Below are positions 20,130 to 29,496 of a stretch of DNA of 64,000 nt, in pieces. The translations under genes were made by a program, and so were the position numbers. Source of the DNA: an uncultured delta proteobacterium (GTDB lineage Bacteria > Desulfobacterota > Binatia > UBA9968); assembly GCA_963816145.1 (NCBI GenBank), contig CAWFJP010000029.1:352001-416000 (forward strand), read 5' to 3'. How positions within the stretch are numbered: the stretch's first letter is position 1; the number at the start of each line of letters is the position of its first letter. The notes under the pieces were generated by a model. It made no database searches. It worked only from the letters and a program-made list of their open reading frames with translations, and was not told the origin of the DNA.

Positions 20130-20800
20130 TTTCGGTGATACCGAGGTACTGACGCTTGCGCGACTGGATGGGGATAGGAAAACTTTATCTCTCGGCGTGT
20201 CGCTGACCAACGCGCGCGACGAGCCGAGGGGGCTCAATAAGGGGCGGCACAACTGGTGGGACGCGGAGCGGGCTGAGCGCGCGAAGGCGAAGACCCGGGC
20301 CTTGAGCTTGGGCGAGTGACTGGACCCGTACCTTCACCTCACGGTGAACGCACCATCTCCGGGACCAACCGGGCGCGCTGCCAGCACGTTAAAGGCCTCC
20401 TGGGCCGGCTGCCGTTGGCGGAGGTCACCCGTGTTTGTATCATGGAGTACAAGCAGCGGCGCCTGGCTGAACCGCTAACCCGTCACGGCAAGCCGGTTAA
20501 AGGCAGTCAGGTGCAGGGCGCCACCGTTAACCGCGAGATCAGCTGCCTGGTCGGCGCGTTGAACCTGGCGTGCGACCAAGGGCTGTGCGACGGCGCCCCC
20601 AAAGGTCAAGAAGGAGCGCGAGACCGCGCGTGAGCGGACGCTGACCGACGGGGAGTATCGGCACTAACCGCCGCCGAGCCCGCGAGGGTGCGGGACACCT
20701 GCTGGTCACCGCGAACGGGACCGCCATCGACCGCGAGGCGCTGCTCAGGCTCACCTGAAATGCGATTGGCGATGGTCTAGTCACGAATCTAGGGCGGCGG
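20130..20800 (+). pseudogene. Tyrosine integrase N-terminal/core-binding remnant (boundaries approximate)
   Basis: LSLGE*LDPYL, LLGRLPLAEVT..IMEYKQRRL, GATVNREISCL..ALNLA, then frameshifted KERETARERTLTDGEY; stops and frameshifts; no catalytic domain seen. Confidence 0.7.
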
Positions 20801-20886
20801 CCCAAGAATTTGTCACGAAATTGTAACGAGAGAAAAGTGACGTCGCGCGGTGAAGTCGATGCTTTTGACTACGGGCGTGAAAAGAT

Positions 20887-20973
20887 TGGTGCGAGGAGCG
20901 GGATTTGAACCCGCACGCCGTTTCCGGCACTAGCCCCTCAAACTAGCGCGTCTGCCGATTCCGCCACCCTCGC
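20887..20973 (-). tRNA. tRNA-Leu(GAG)
   Basis: 87 nt GCGAGGGTGGCGGAATCGGCAGACGCGCTAGTTTGAGGGGCTAGTGCC...GGGTTCAAATCCCGCTCCTCGCACCA; long variable arm, encoded CCA, downstream of secG. Confidence 0.96.
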
Positions 20974-20986
20974 AATAGGAAAAACC

Positions 20987-21373
20987 TTACGGATTTGGTG
21001 CTTTCGCTGGCTTCGTACTCTCTTGCGCTGCCGGTGTTGCTGGCGCCGGACCGGCTGCCGGTGCGGACTGCGGCTGTGCCGGCGCCACGGGTTGGGCATT
21101 CGGTACCGCCGCCGGTGTGCGGCTGTCGAATATTGTCGCCGATGGCTTCCGGCCAGCGAAATACCCGAGAGCCAACGAAGTGATCATGAAGACGATCGCC
21201 ATGCCAGTCGTCAAGCGGGTTAAAAAGTTGCCCGCGCCGCTGCTGCCAAAGATTGTTGAACTCGAACCGCCGAAGACCGCGCCAATCTCGGCGCCTTTGC
21301 CAGTCTGGAGCAGGACCACCAGAATGAGTCCAATGCTGACGATAACGTGCAAGATTGTGACTGCAATAATCAT
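20987..21373 (-). CDS. secG: Preprotein translocase subunit SecG
   Basis: LILVVLLQTGKGA..GAVFGG...GNFLTRLT. Confidence 0.95.
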   Translation of the reverse strand: MIIAVTILHVIVSIGLILVVLLQTGKGAEIGAVFGGSSSTIFGSSGAGNFLTRLTTGMAIVFMITSLALGYFAGRKPSATIFDSRTPAAVPNAQPVAPAQPQSAPAAGPAPATPAAQESTKPAKAPNP

Positions 21374-21379
21374 AAACCC

Positions 21380-22144
21380 TTACTTATTTGAGAATGCTCG
21401 AATAATCGGCAAAAATGTTTCGCTCTTCAAGCTCGCGCCGCCAACCAGTAGGCCGTTGATTTCTTCTACTGTAACCAGGCTATTGACGTTTTCCGGCCTA
21501 ACGCTGCCGCCGTACAGGATCCGTACTTGTTTCCCGGCTGAAGGCCCGAACCATTGTATCAGACGGTTGCGAATTTGGCTGTGAACCGCGCTGATCTGTT
21601 TGGGCGTCGCGTTCTGTCCCGTGCCGATGGCCCAGACTGGCTCGTATGCGATTTCGACATTGGCTATATCAGCTTTCGTCAATCCCTTCAATGCGATACG
21701 CAGTTGGCGGCGAATCACTGCCGCGGTTTTTCTTGATTGGCGTTCTTCCAGAGTTTCGCCAACGCATAAAATAGCCCGCATGCCCTGGCGAATTATCGGT
21801 GCCAGCTTGCGGGCAATCATAGCGTCGCTTTCGTGAAATTGGTGGCGCCGCTCCGAATGTCCAACGATAACATAATCGCAACCAAGTTCGCGTACCATAA
21901 TTGGACTGATCTCGCCGGTGTAGGCGCCCTGGGCTTCCCAGTGACAATTTTGCGCGGCGAGTCTTACTTTGCTGCCGCCGAGCGAGCGGCGGACCGCATT
22001 CAACGAGGTGAACGGCGGCGCTAGGACGATCTTTGCCCTGGCCGGGTTACGGCGCAGTGCGCGGACGATTTGCCGGGCCAAAAGCGCGCATTGAGCTTGA
22101 TCGCCATACATCTTCCAGTTGGCAACGACTAGGGGGGAACTCAT
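21380..22144 (-). CDS. tpiA: Triosephosphate isomerase
   Basis: ANWKM, GHSERR, AYEPVWAIGTG, LYGGSV, LVGGASL; ATG overlaps the pgk stop. Confidence 0.97.
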   Translation of the reverse strand: MSSPLVVANWKMYGDQAQCALLARQIVRALRRNPARAKIVLAPPFTSLNAVRRSLGGSKVRLAAQNCHWEAQGAYTGEISPIMVRELGCDYVIVGHSERRHQFHESDAMIARKLAPIIRQGMRAILCVGETLEERQSRKTAAVIRRQLRIALKGLTKADIANVEIAYEPVWAIGTGQNATPKQISAVHSQIRNRLIQWFGPSAGKQVRILYGGSVRPENVNSLVTVEEINGLLVGGASLKSETFLPIIRAFSNK

Positions 22145-23319
22145 GGTTGGTCGTCCAGTGCTTTGATTCCTGGCAGTATTTTCCCTTCGAGAAATTCTAA
22201 AGTTGCGCCGCCACCGGTTGAAAGGTGGGCGATGCGTGAGCCTACCCCGGCTGCCGATACCGCCGCTACTGTGTCGCCGCCGGCGATGATGCCGATGACT
22301 GCGGGATGACTTTCGGCTAGGGCCTGTGCGAGCAATCGGCTTCCTTGGTCGTAGGGCGCAACTTCGAAAAGGCCCACCGGCCCGTTCCACAGGACTAGTT
22401 TTGCTTTCCTGATCTCGCCGGCGAATAATCGCGCCGTCTTAGGTCCGATATCGAGTCCCATACGGTCGGCTGGTATCGCGTTGTCGAAGGTTCGAGGATT
22501 TTTCTTCTCGCTGTCTCCTGCGACATGATCGACCGGCAACATGAGCTCTACACCGAGCTGTTTGGCTTGTTGCATCAGCTCTGCGGCCAATCCGACTTTG
22601 TCAGGCTCCAGGAGCGATTTGCCGATGTCGACGCCATCGGCCTTGAGGAAGGTATAGGCCATGCCACCGCCGATTAGTAGGGAGCTGACTTTAGGCAGCA
22701 GATTTCTAATGACGGCGATCTTGTCGGAGACTTTCGCGCCTCCCATGATCGTAACGAACGGTTTTGCCGGGTTTGCCAACAGCGGGCCCAGGTAGTCCAA
22801 TTCTTTCTGCAACAAGAGACCGGTCCCTTTGCTCGTGAAGTGCTTGGCGATGCCGACAATCGACGCGTGAGCGCGATGGGCCGCGCCGAAAGCGTCGTCG
22901 ACATAAACGTCGGCGAGGGCCGCCAGGGCGCGGGAAAAGTCTTCGTCGTTTTTTTCCTCTTCGGGGTGAAAGCGTAGATTCTCAAGTAGAACAACCTTGC
23001 TGTCTCCCGCGTGCACCAAGTTCTCGACTGCTGGGCCAACGCAATCGGTCGCCATGGCGACCGGAACATTTAGCGAGTCTTGCAAGCGGCGCTGCACTGG
23101 CGCCAGGCTGTACTTGTCGACGACTTTGCCGTCGGGACGACCCAGATGCGAGGCAATTATAATTTTCTTGGCGCGCTCCAAGATGAAGCGAATGGTCGGC
23201 AGTGCGCTGTCGATGCGATGAGTTTCGACGATTTTGCCGTCTTTGATCGGCACGTTAAAGTCGACGCGCAAGAAAACCGTCTTGTCGCGCAGGTCAAGCT
23301 CCGCTAGATTTCGAATCAT
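22141..23319 (-). CDS. pgk: Phosphoglycerate kinase
   Basis: RVDFNVP, SHLGRP, LLENLRF, GGAKVSDKI, STGGGA. Confidence 0.97.
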   Translation of the reverse strand: MIRNLAELDLRDKTVFLRVDFNVPIKDGKIVETHRIDSALPTIRFILERAKKIIIASHLGRPDGKVVDKYSLAPVQRRLQDSLNVPVAMATDCVGPAVENLVHAGDSKVVLLENLRFHPEEEKNDEDFSRALAALADVYVDDAFGAAHRAHASIVGIAKHFTSKGTGLLLQKELDYLGPLLANPAKPFVTIMGGAKVSDKIAVIRNLLPKVSSLLIGGGMAYTFLKADGVDIGKSLLEPDKVGLAAELMQQAKQLGVELMLPVDHVAGDSEKKNPRTFDNAIPADRMGLDIGPKTARLFAGEIRKAKLVLWNGPVGLFEVAPYDQGSRLLAQALAESHPAVIGIIAGGDTVAAVSAAGVGSRIAHLSTGGGATLEFLEGKILPGIKALDDQP

Positions 23320-23367
23320 AAGATCGCCATCCGCTTGCGAAATATTTCCTAAAACGGGATTTCCTAA

Positions 23368-23396
23368 TTGACTAATTACAAGGGTTGTAATAGTTT
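23368..23396 (+). promoter_or_regulatory. Putative sigma-70 promoter of the tol-pal operon with a palindrome in the spacer
   Basis: TTGACT-17-TAGTTT; ATTACAA-GGG-TTGTAAT at 23375-23391. Confidence 0.5.
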
Positions 23397-23419
23397 TTCA
23401 ATTATCCGCAGCAAAACTT

Positions 23420-24163
23420 GTGATGGCTTTTCCCCGGTCGCTCAATCTATCAGTCCAAGACGCTCTACCGGCGCCGCACCAGCAAGGGATTCTCGACCTG
23501 GTACGGGGCTCCGGTTTGGTGGTCCAGGGGATCCTCTATATTCTCGTGTTTTTCTCGGTGATGAGCTGGGGCATTATCGCGCAGAAGTTACAGCAGATTC
23601 GGCGGGCCAAGAGAGAGTCGGCAAAGTTCATTGAAATATTCTGGGAGCGGCGAAATCTGTCGTCGATCCACGATGCCAGCCGCGAGTTGGCGTCGAGTCC
23701 GGTGGGGCAGGTGTTTCGCGCTGGTTACGAAGAGCTGGTCAGGGTGACTCGTTCTAAGAAAGAATCTTCGCTGGGGGAGAGTCTTACCACCGAACTGGGC
23801 GGTGTCGACAATGTCTCGCGGGCGATGCAGCGGGCGACCAGTGTGGAGATCACCAAACTGGAAAAATACTGCTCGTTTCTGGCCACGACGGCAAGCTCGG
23901 CGCCATTCGTCGGTTTATTCGGCACGGTTTGGGGTATCATGGACGCTTTCCGCGGCTTGAGCGTGACCCACTCTTCGAGCATCCAAGCGGTTGCGCCGGG
24001 TATTGCCGAAGCCTTGATCGCGACCGCAGTGGGGTTGGCGGCGGCGATCCCAGCTTTGATCGCTTATAATTATTTCGTTCAACAGATCAAAGTGCTCGCC
24101 GTGGAGATGGACAATTTTTCCCACGAATTTCTCAACATCGCCGAGCGCCACTTCTTCAAGTAA
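23420..24163 (+). CDS. tolQ: TolQ
   Basis: APFVGLFGTVWGIM, VAPGIAEALIATAVGL. Confidence 0.93.
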   Translation: MMAFPRSLNLSVQDALPAPHQQGILDLVRGSGLVVQGILYILVFFSVMSWGIIAQKLQQIRRAKRESAKFIEIFWERRNLSSIHDASRELASSPVGQVFRAGYEELVRVTRSKKESSLGESLTTELGGVDNVSRAMQRATSVEITKLEKYCSFLATTASSAPFVGLFGTVWGIMDAFRGLSVTHSSSIQAVAPGIAEALIATAVGLAAAIPALIAYNYFVQQIKVLAVEMDNFSHEFLNIAERHFFK

Positions 24164-24240
24164 CAAAATTAAAGCGTATACTCATAGACAGCGCTCAGCA
24201 GTATCGGTGTTGCTGTTGCGGATAAATTCAAGGACTAAAA

Positions 24241-24663
24241 ATGGCTATGGATGCATCGTCCCAACGTGACGGAACCACAATCGCGCAGATCAATGTGACG
24301 CCGTTGGTCGATGTCATGCTGGTTTTGTTGGTGATTTTCATGGTGACGGCGCCGATTATCCAGCAGGGTGTGCAGGTCAATTTGCCCGCGACTCGTAGCA
24401 GCGCCATTCCCGGAACTGAGGAGCATCTGGTGGTGACCGTGGCCAAGAACGGCAAGATCTATTTGAATGATAACGTCATGAGCCTCGGCGAAATCGGCGA
24501 GAAACTGCGCGCGATTGCCAAGGCTCAGCCGAACAAGCAGGTTTATCTGAGGGCCGATCAAGATGTCCGTTACGGTCTGGTGATGAAAACCATAGCCGAG
24601 ATCAAGCAGGCCGGCATTGAGCGCTTGGGTATGGTCACCCGGCCGCCGTCTGAAGGGGGTTAA
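24241..24663 (+). CDS. tolR: TolR
   Basis: INVTPLVDVMLVLLVIFMVTAP, LRAD..V.YG. Confidence 0.93.
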   Translation: MAMDASSQRDGTTIAQINVTPLVDVMLVLLVIFMVTAPIIQQGVQVNLPATRSSAIPGTEEHLVVTVAKNGKIYLNDNVMSLGEIGEKLRAIAKAQPNKQVYLRADQDVRYGLVMKTIAEIKQAGIERLGMVTRPPSEGG

Positions 24664-24669
24664 TTATCG

Positions 24670-25590
24670 ATGGCCGGAGATAACGCCTCTCCAACCATTA
24701 GCTTGCGTGAACGCTCGTTTCCCCTCTCCGGCGCCGACGAACGGCTGCCGAAGTGGGTTACCTTTTCGCTCATCGCCCATTGCAGTTTGCTATTGTTGTT
24801 CGTGGTCGCCCCGTTTTCATCATCACCTCGGTTAACGACCAATCCGGTATACACCGTTGATCTGGTCGGCAGTGAGCGCATTGGCCGCACCTCCTATGGA
24901 ACCGAGTTGGGTAGCCCGGCGAAAAAAGAGGTGAAGCCGGCGGCAGCGCCAGCGCCGATCGACCCGCCGAAGAAGGAAGTCCGTCAGGAAAAGGCCGAGA
25001 AACCCAAACTCGCGGAGAAGAAGCTCATCGAGGATGAGAAAGTCGCACTGCGCGAGAAGGTCAAGAAGGAGCCCGGGAAAAAAGAGCCGGTCAAAGAAGC
25101 GAAAGACGAGGCTAAGACTGCAACAGCTTCTGCCGATAGCGTACGCGAGCGCTTGATCAAAACCGCCGCGGAGCGAGCGTCGGCGGGAAGCGGAACCGCT
25201 CAAAAATCGTCAAAAGGAGAAGCGCTCAGTACCGGCACCGGCGAAGGTGTCGGTGGATCGGCGTTGGGGGCGGGCGGCCGTGGCGGTCCGGGGATCGTCA
25301 AAGGCATGGACTATGTCATCTACCAAAATCGCATGCTGAGCACGATTAAGAATAACTGGGTATGGGTGGGGCCGCGCAGCAATATCAAAGTCATTGTCCA
25401 TTTTAATATCAGAGACAACGGCGAAATTTTCGGGCTCAAGATTGTCCAGTCTTCGGGGAACTCGTCTTACGACGATTCGGTACTGAGAGCGGTGCGAAAG
25501 TCCAGCCCGCTGCCCGCGCTAACGGACAATATTCGCAATGGCTTTTCCGAGGTCGAGCTAGCTTTTCGACCGGAGGATCTGGAGGCTTAA
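24670..25590 (+). CDS. tolA: TolA/TonB-like energy transducer
   Basis: TM with SxxxH, K/E-rich linker, C-terminal SSGN..YD.S.LRAV..SPLP; position in operon. Confidence 0.85.
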   Translation: MAGDNASPTISLRERSFPLSGADERLPKWVTFSLIAHCSLLLLFVVAPFSSSPRLTTNPVYTVDLVGSERIGRTSYGTELGSPAKKEVKPAAAPAPIDPPKKEVRQEKAEKPKLAEKKLIEDEKVALREKVKKEPGKKEPVKEAKDEAKTATASADSVRERLIKTAAERASAGSGTAQKSSKGEALSTGTGEGVGGSALGAGGRGGPGIVKGMDYVIYQNRMLSTIKNNWVWVGPRSNIKVIVHFNIRDNGEIFGLKIVQSSGNSSYDDSVLRAVRKSSPLPALTDNIRNGFSEVELAFRPEDLEA

Positions 25591-25594
25591 TCGG

Positions 25595-26911
25595 ATGAAA
25601 TTTTTGTTGCTAGTCTTATCTCTGAGCTTTGGCTTCCACCTGGATTTGGCTCTAGCGCAGTTCAAAGGCGAGATTGTCGGTTCTGGCGGACAAAAATTTC
25701 CTATCGCGGTTTCGCCGCTGCGTAATACCGGCAGTGCTACGGCGGATGCTGGGCGATTTTCGACTGGGATTGCCGATTCGATCGTCCACGATTTGGAGCT
25801 GTCGGGTTGGTTTCGAGTCATCGATCGATCCAGCTATATCGAGAGTCCGCAGCAAAGCGGTATCACGCTTGGAACCTTCGATCTCAAAGATTGGTCGACA
25901 CTTGGGGCCGAGGGATTAGTCAAAGGCGGATTTTCGGTGCAAGGCGATGAGATCGTCGTCGAGTTACGCTTATTCGACGTTTACCAGGGTAAAGAGCGCA
26001 TCGCGAAACGTTATACCGGCGGGGTTGGCCAATTCCGCCGTATTGCTCATAAATTCGTCGACGAAATCATCAACCAATTTACCGGCATCCCGGGTGTCTT
26101 CAATACCCAGATCGCGTATGTCTCCAATAGCGGCGGCCGCTTCAAAGAAATTTACTATTCACACCTTGACGGTAGCGAGAAACGGCAGGTGACCGATAAC
26201 CGAACGATCAACCTGTCGCCATCCTGGGGAGTCAACGGGCGGACAATTCTTTATTCTTCGTTCCAGGATCGCGCTCAAACTCTTTATCTGCGGGACCTCC
26301 CGAGCGGCAAAGACCTTCGGTTCAATCCGCCCGGCGCCGGTCGCTTTCTCGGCGGTAAGTTGTCCCCCGACGGCCAAATGGTCGTGGCCACTTACGAGTC
26401 GGGCGGGAACAGTAATCTCTATTTGCTCGATCGCAGCGGTAAGGTGCTCCGGCGCTTGACCGAAGAGCCTGGAATTGAGGTGTCACCAGCCTGGTCACCG
26501 GATGGCAAACAGATCGTCTACGTCTCGGACCGTAGTGGTTCGCCGCAGGTCTTTGTTCTCGATGTGCAAAGCGGTAAATCTCGGCGCGTGACTTACAACG
26601 GTAGCTACAACACGTCGCCTGAATGGTCGCCCAAAGGCGACCGCATCGTTTATACGGGCAGAGTCGGTAGTAAATTTGCGATATTTACAATCCCGGTGGA
26701 AGGCGGTGATCCGCGCAAGCTCACATCGGAGGCTTTTGACAGTGAAGATCCAACATGGTCACCGGATGGCAGGTTTATTGCGTTCTCGTCCAATCGTGCC
26801 GGCAAATACCATCTTTATGTAATGCAAGCGAGCGGCGAGAATCAACGACGGCTGACCGGCTCTGGAGGCGATGATACCAAACCGAGTTGGTCGCCACGGC
26901 TGGTTGATTAG
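25595..26911 (+). CDS. tolB: TolB
   Basis: TolB_N domain plus PD40 repeats (SPAWSPDG). Confidence 0.95.
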   Translation: MKFLLLVLSLSFGFHLDLALAQFKGEIVGSGGQKFPIAVSPLRNTGSATADAGRFSTGIADSIVHDLELSGWFRVIDRSSYIESPQQSGITLGTFDLKDWSTLGAEGLVKGGFSVQGDEIVVELRLFDVYQGKERIAKRYTGGVGQFRRIAHKFVDEIINQFTGIPGVFNTQIAYVSNSGGRFKEIYYSHLDGSEKRQVTDNRTINLSPSWGVNGRTILYSSFQDRAQTLYLRDLPSGKDLRFNPPGAGRFLGGKLSPDGQMVVATYESGGNSNLYLLDRSGKVLRRLTEEPGIEVSPAWSPDGKQIVYVSDRSGSPQVFVLDVQSGKSRRVTYNGSYNTSPEWSPKGDRIVYTGRVGSKFAIFTIPVEGGDPRKLTSEAFDSEDPTWSPDGRFIAFSSNRAGKYHLYVMQASGENQRRLTGSGGDDTKPSWSPRLVD

Positions 26912-26970
26912 TGTTTTGTCCAATTCATCGATACGCTGATGGCTTATTGTGCAAAGGTAAGGAGGTTGTG

Positions 26971-27564
26971 ATGGAGTTTCGTTCCAGGGTCGCATACTGC
27001 GGATTGCTGATGATGGTGTTGGTGGCATTTGCCTGCGCGCCGACGGCAGCGACGAAGCCAGACCCGGCATCTTCCGGAACCGGCTCAGCGTCGGCAAAAA
27101 CCTCCGACACTGCACGCTCTGGCGATGGCCAGGGCGGCGGCACTAAAGAGTCGGACGCGACTTCATCTAGTTTAAAAGCGCTGCAAGAAGGGAAGCCGCC
27201 GATCACACCCGCATCAAGTCCATTGAAAGATGCGTTTTTCGATTTCGATCGCTACGATCTCAGCGGTGACGCCCGTGCCGTATTGCGAGCCAATGCCGAT
27301 TGGTTGAAAAATAATCCGTCGGCCCGGGTCGAAATTGAAGGTCACTGTGATGAGCGGGGTACCAACGAATACAATCTCGCACTCGGTGCCAAAAGAGCCC
27401 AGGCCGCACGCGATTACTTGGTGTCCCTAGGGATAGCTCCGGATCGACTGTCGACGACCAGCTATGGCGAGGAAATCCCGGTGTGCCAGGGGCACTCGGA
27501 GGACTGTTGGCGGCAAAACCGGCGGGCGCGGTTCGTCATTGTCGAGCGACGCGCAACTTCCTAA
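26971..27564 (+). CDS. pal: Peptidoglycan-associated lipoprotein
   Basis: Lipobox AFAC; FFDFD, IEGHCDERGTNEYNLALG, NRRA. Confidence 0.95.
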   Translation: MEFRSRVAYCGLLMMVLVAFACAPTAATKPDPASSGTGSASAKTSDTARSGDGQGGGTKESDATSSSLKALQEGKPPITPASSPLKDAFFDFDRYDLSGDARAVLRANADWLKNNPSARVEIEGHCDERGTNEYNLALGAKRAQAARDYLVSLGIAPDRLSTTSYGEEIPVCQGHSEDCWRQNRRARFVIVERRATS

Positions 27565-27594
27565 TCGACCGTTGCTATCAGGAGGGGTGCTCCA

Positions 27595-28428
27595 TTGTTT
27601 ACTGACAAAATCCCATTTGGGATATTCTTGATCGCTTTCGTTGTGACATCGGGCTGCGTAAACCCGCAGCAAGTGGAATTACTCGAACGCGAGCAGCGCC
27701 GTTTACGCAGCGATGTCACCACAATGCAAACCGATATCGACGCGGCGCGCACGAGTTTGGCCGATACGCGAGCCAATATGCAACAGATGCAGCGCGATGT
27801 CTCGGCAATTCGTGAACGGATCGATGAGACCCGCGTGCAAGTGGGGCGGCAAATTGGTCAAACCAGCCGAGATGGCGATCAACGGGTTAAGAATCTAGAG
27901 GCTCGTTTAGTCAAATTGGAAGAGGATGCCAAGGCTCAAGCCGAGTTGTTGAAAAATCGCGAAGCCGAGATCCAGCAAATGAAAGAAGCCGCGCAAACGG
28001 CGCAAGCGAGCGCGCCAGACGGTTATGCTGAAGCTGCGCTGGGAGAGTCGGATGCGGCGCGGCGAGAATTTGAAAGTGGCTGGCGCTTGTTTGAGCGCAA
28101 GGAGTATCGATCGGCTGTTTCCCGTTTCCGAGAATTTTTGAAAAAATATCCGAAGAGCCGGATCGCCGCTAACGCGCAGTTTTGGGTCGGTGAGAGTCAC
28201 TTTGGTCTCAAGGAGTACGACAAGGCAATTGTTGAGTTTGACGAGGTCCGGCGCCGCTATCCACAGTCCGATAAGGTGCCCGCGGCGCTTTTGCGCCAGG
28301 GTTTCGCATTTGCCGAGCTCGGTGAGAAGTTAAACGCGCGTTTGGTGCTTCAAGATGTTGTTGAAAAGTATCCGCAATCTCCCGAATCCCTAAGGGCCAA
28401 GCAAAAACTCAAGTCGCTTGAGTCGTAG
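27595..28428 (+). CDS. cpoB: CpoB/YbgF coiled-coil TPR protein
   Basis: Lipobox, coiled coil, TPR motifs (NAQFWVGE, KYPQS); follows pal. Confidence 0.9.
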   Translation: MFTDKIPFGIFLIAFVVTSGCVNPQQVELLEREQRRLRSDVTTMQTDIDAARTSLADTRANMQQMQRDVSAIRERIDETRVQVGRQIGQTSRDGDQRVKNLEARLVKLEEDAKAQAELLKNREAEIQQMKEAAQTAQASAPDGYAEAALGESDAARREFESGWRLFERKEYRSAVSRFREFLKKYPKSRIAANAQFWVGESHFGLKEYDKAIVEFDEVRRRYPQSDKVPAALLRQGFAFAELGEKLNARLVLQDVVEKYPQSPESLRAKQKLKSLES

Positions 28429-28531
28429 GACTCTTTCACTTGCGCAGCGCATCGAAGTCCAGGCTATCTTGCGGGCTTTGCCGCTTGGGTGGTGACTCCC
28501 CGGCAGGTTCGGTGCTATTGTACCGAGCATC

Positions 28532-29488
28532 ATGCAGATAATTCGTCATATCGACGATCCAGCGCTCGGCTTCGATGGTTCCAGCGTAACCTTGGGTAAC
28601 TTTGATGGGATTCATGTCGGTCACCAGGCGCTAATCAAGAACGCGGTCGACGACGCCCAACGACTCGGCTTACGTTCGGCAGTGTTGACTTTTGAGCCTC
28701 ATCCGCTGAGAGTTCTCGCCCCGGAGCGGGCGCCCAAGATGTTGCTGACCCATAAGGACAAGATGCAGTTGCTGCAGTTCCTCGGGGTCGATCGCGTGGT
28801 GATTCAGCAATTCGATCTGTCGTTTGCCGCGATCGGGGCGGAAGAGTTCGTGCGTAAATACTTAGTTGAACGCCTGCGCGCCAAAAAGGTCTGGGTGGGA
28901 AAGGATCTGCGTTTCGGCAAGGGACGCGCAGGTGACATCGATAAGCTTCGAGCTTGGGGCGCGCAATTAGGTTTCGATGTCGGCATAGTCGAGCCGGTGA
29001 TGGTGTGCGGCGAGCGAGTGAGTAGTTCGCGAATTCGTGAACTACTCGGCGTTGGGCAAGTTGCCCGGGTACAGCCGATGCTGGCCAGATATTATTTCGT
29101 TTCCGGCAAGGTGGTATCCGGCCACCGCCGCGGGCGAGAACTCGGATTTCCCACGGCAAATATTGCCAGCCGGGCCGAGATTGTCCCGTGCGACGGTATC
29201 TACGCCACGCTGTTTCATCTCGGCGAGAATATTCTGCCGAGTGTCACTAGCATAGGATCAAATCCAACATTCGGCGCCGGCCCGCGCACCATCGAGAGTT
29301 ATATTTTGAATTTCGACCGGGAAATCTATGGCGAGTCGGTCAAGTTATCTTTTCTCGCAAGATTGCGGGGTGAGAAGAACTTCGCGTCGGTGGAATTACT
29401 GATTGAGCAGATTCGTCAAGACGTAGCGGAGGCGGACGCGCTAATCGCGCGACTGGGTTTTGCGTTGGGCGCTCCAAGTAAGGGATAA
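28532..29488 (+). CDS. ribF: Riboflavin kinase/FAD synthetase
   Basis: GNFDGIHVGH, TFEPHP, SSSRIR, GFPTAN. Confidence 0.96.
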   Translation: MQIIRHIDDPALGFDGSSVTLGNFDGIHVGHQALIKNAVDDAQRLGLRSAVLTFEPHPLRVLAPERAPKMLLTHKDKMQLLQFLGVDRVVIQQFDLSFAAIGAEEFVRKYLVERLRAKKVWVGKDLRFGKGRAGDIDKLRAWGAQLGFDVGIVEPVMVCGERVSSSRIRELLGVGQVARVQPMLARYYFVSGKVVSGHRRGRELGFPTANIASRAEIVPCDGIYATLFHLGENILPSVTSIGSNPTFGAGPRTIESYILNFDREIYGESVKLSFLARLRGEKNFASVELLIEQIRQDVAEADALIARLGFALGAPSKG

Positions 29489-29496
29489 TTTAAGTT

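Larger units (their letters stand above)
19181..20955. mobile_element. Decayed integrative element remnant at tRNA-Leu
   Basis: Bounded by the tRNA and its degenerate direct copy; contains an integrase fragment and no credible intact gene. Confidence 0.7.

Noticed and set aside
20317-20319. TGA in the integrase remnant as selenocysteine
   Set aside because: Probable Trp position, surrounded by frameshifts, and no SECIS seen
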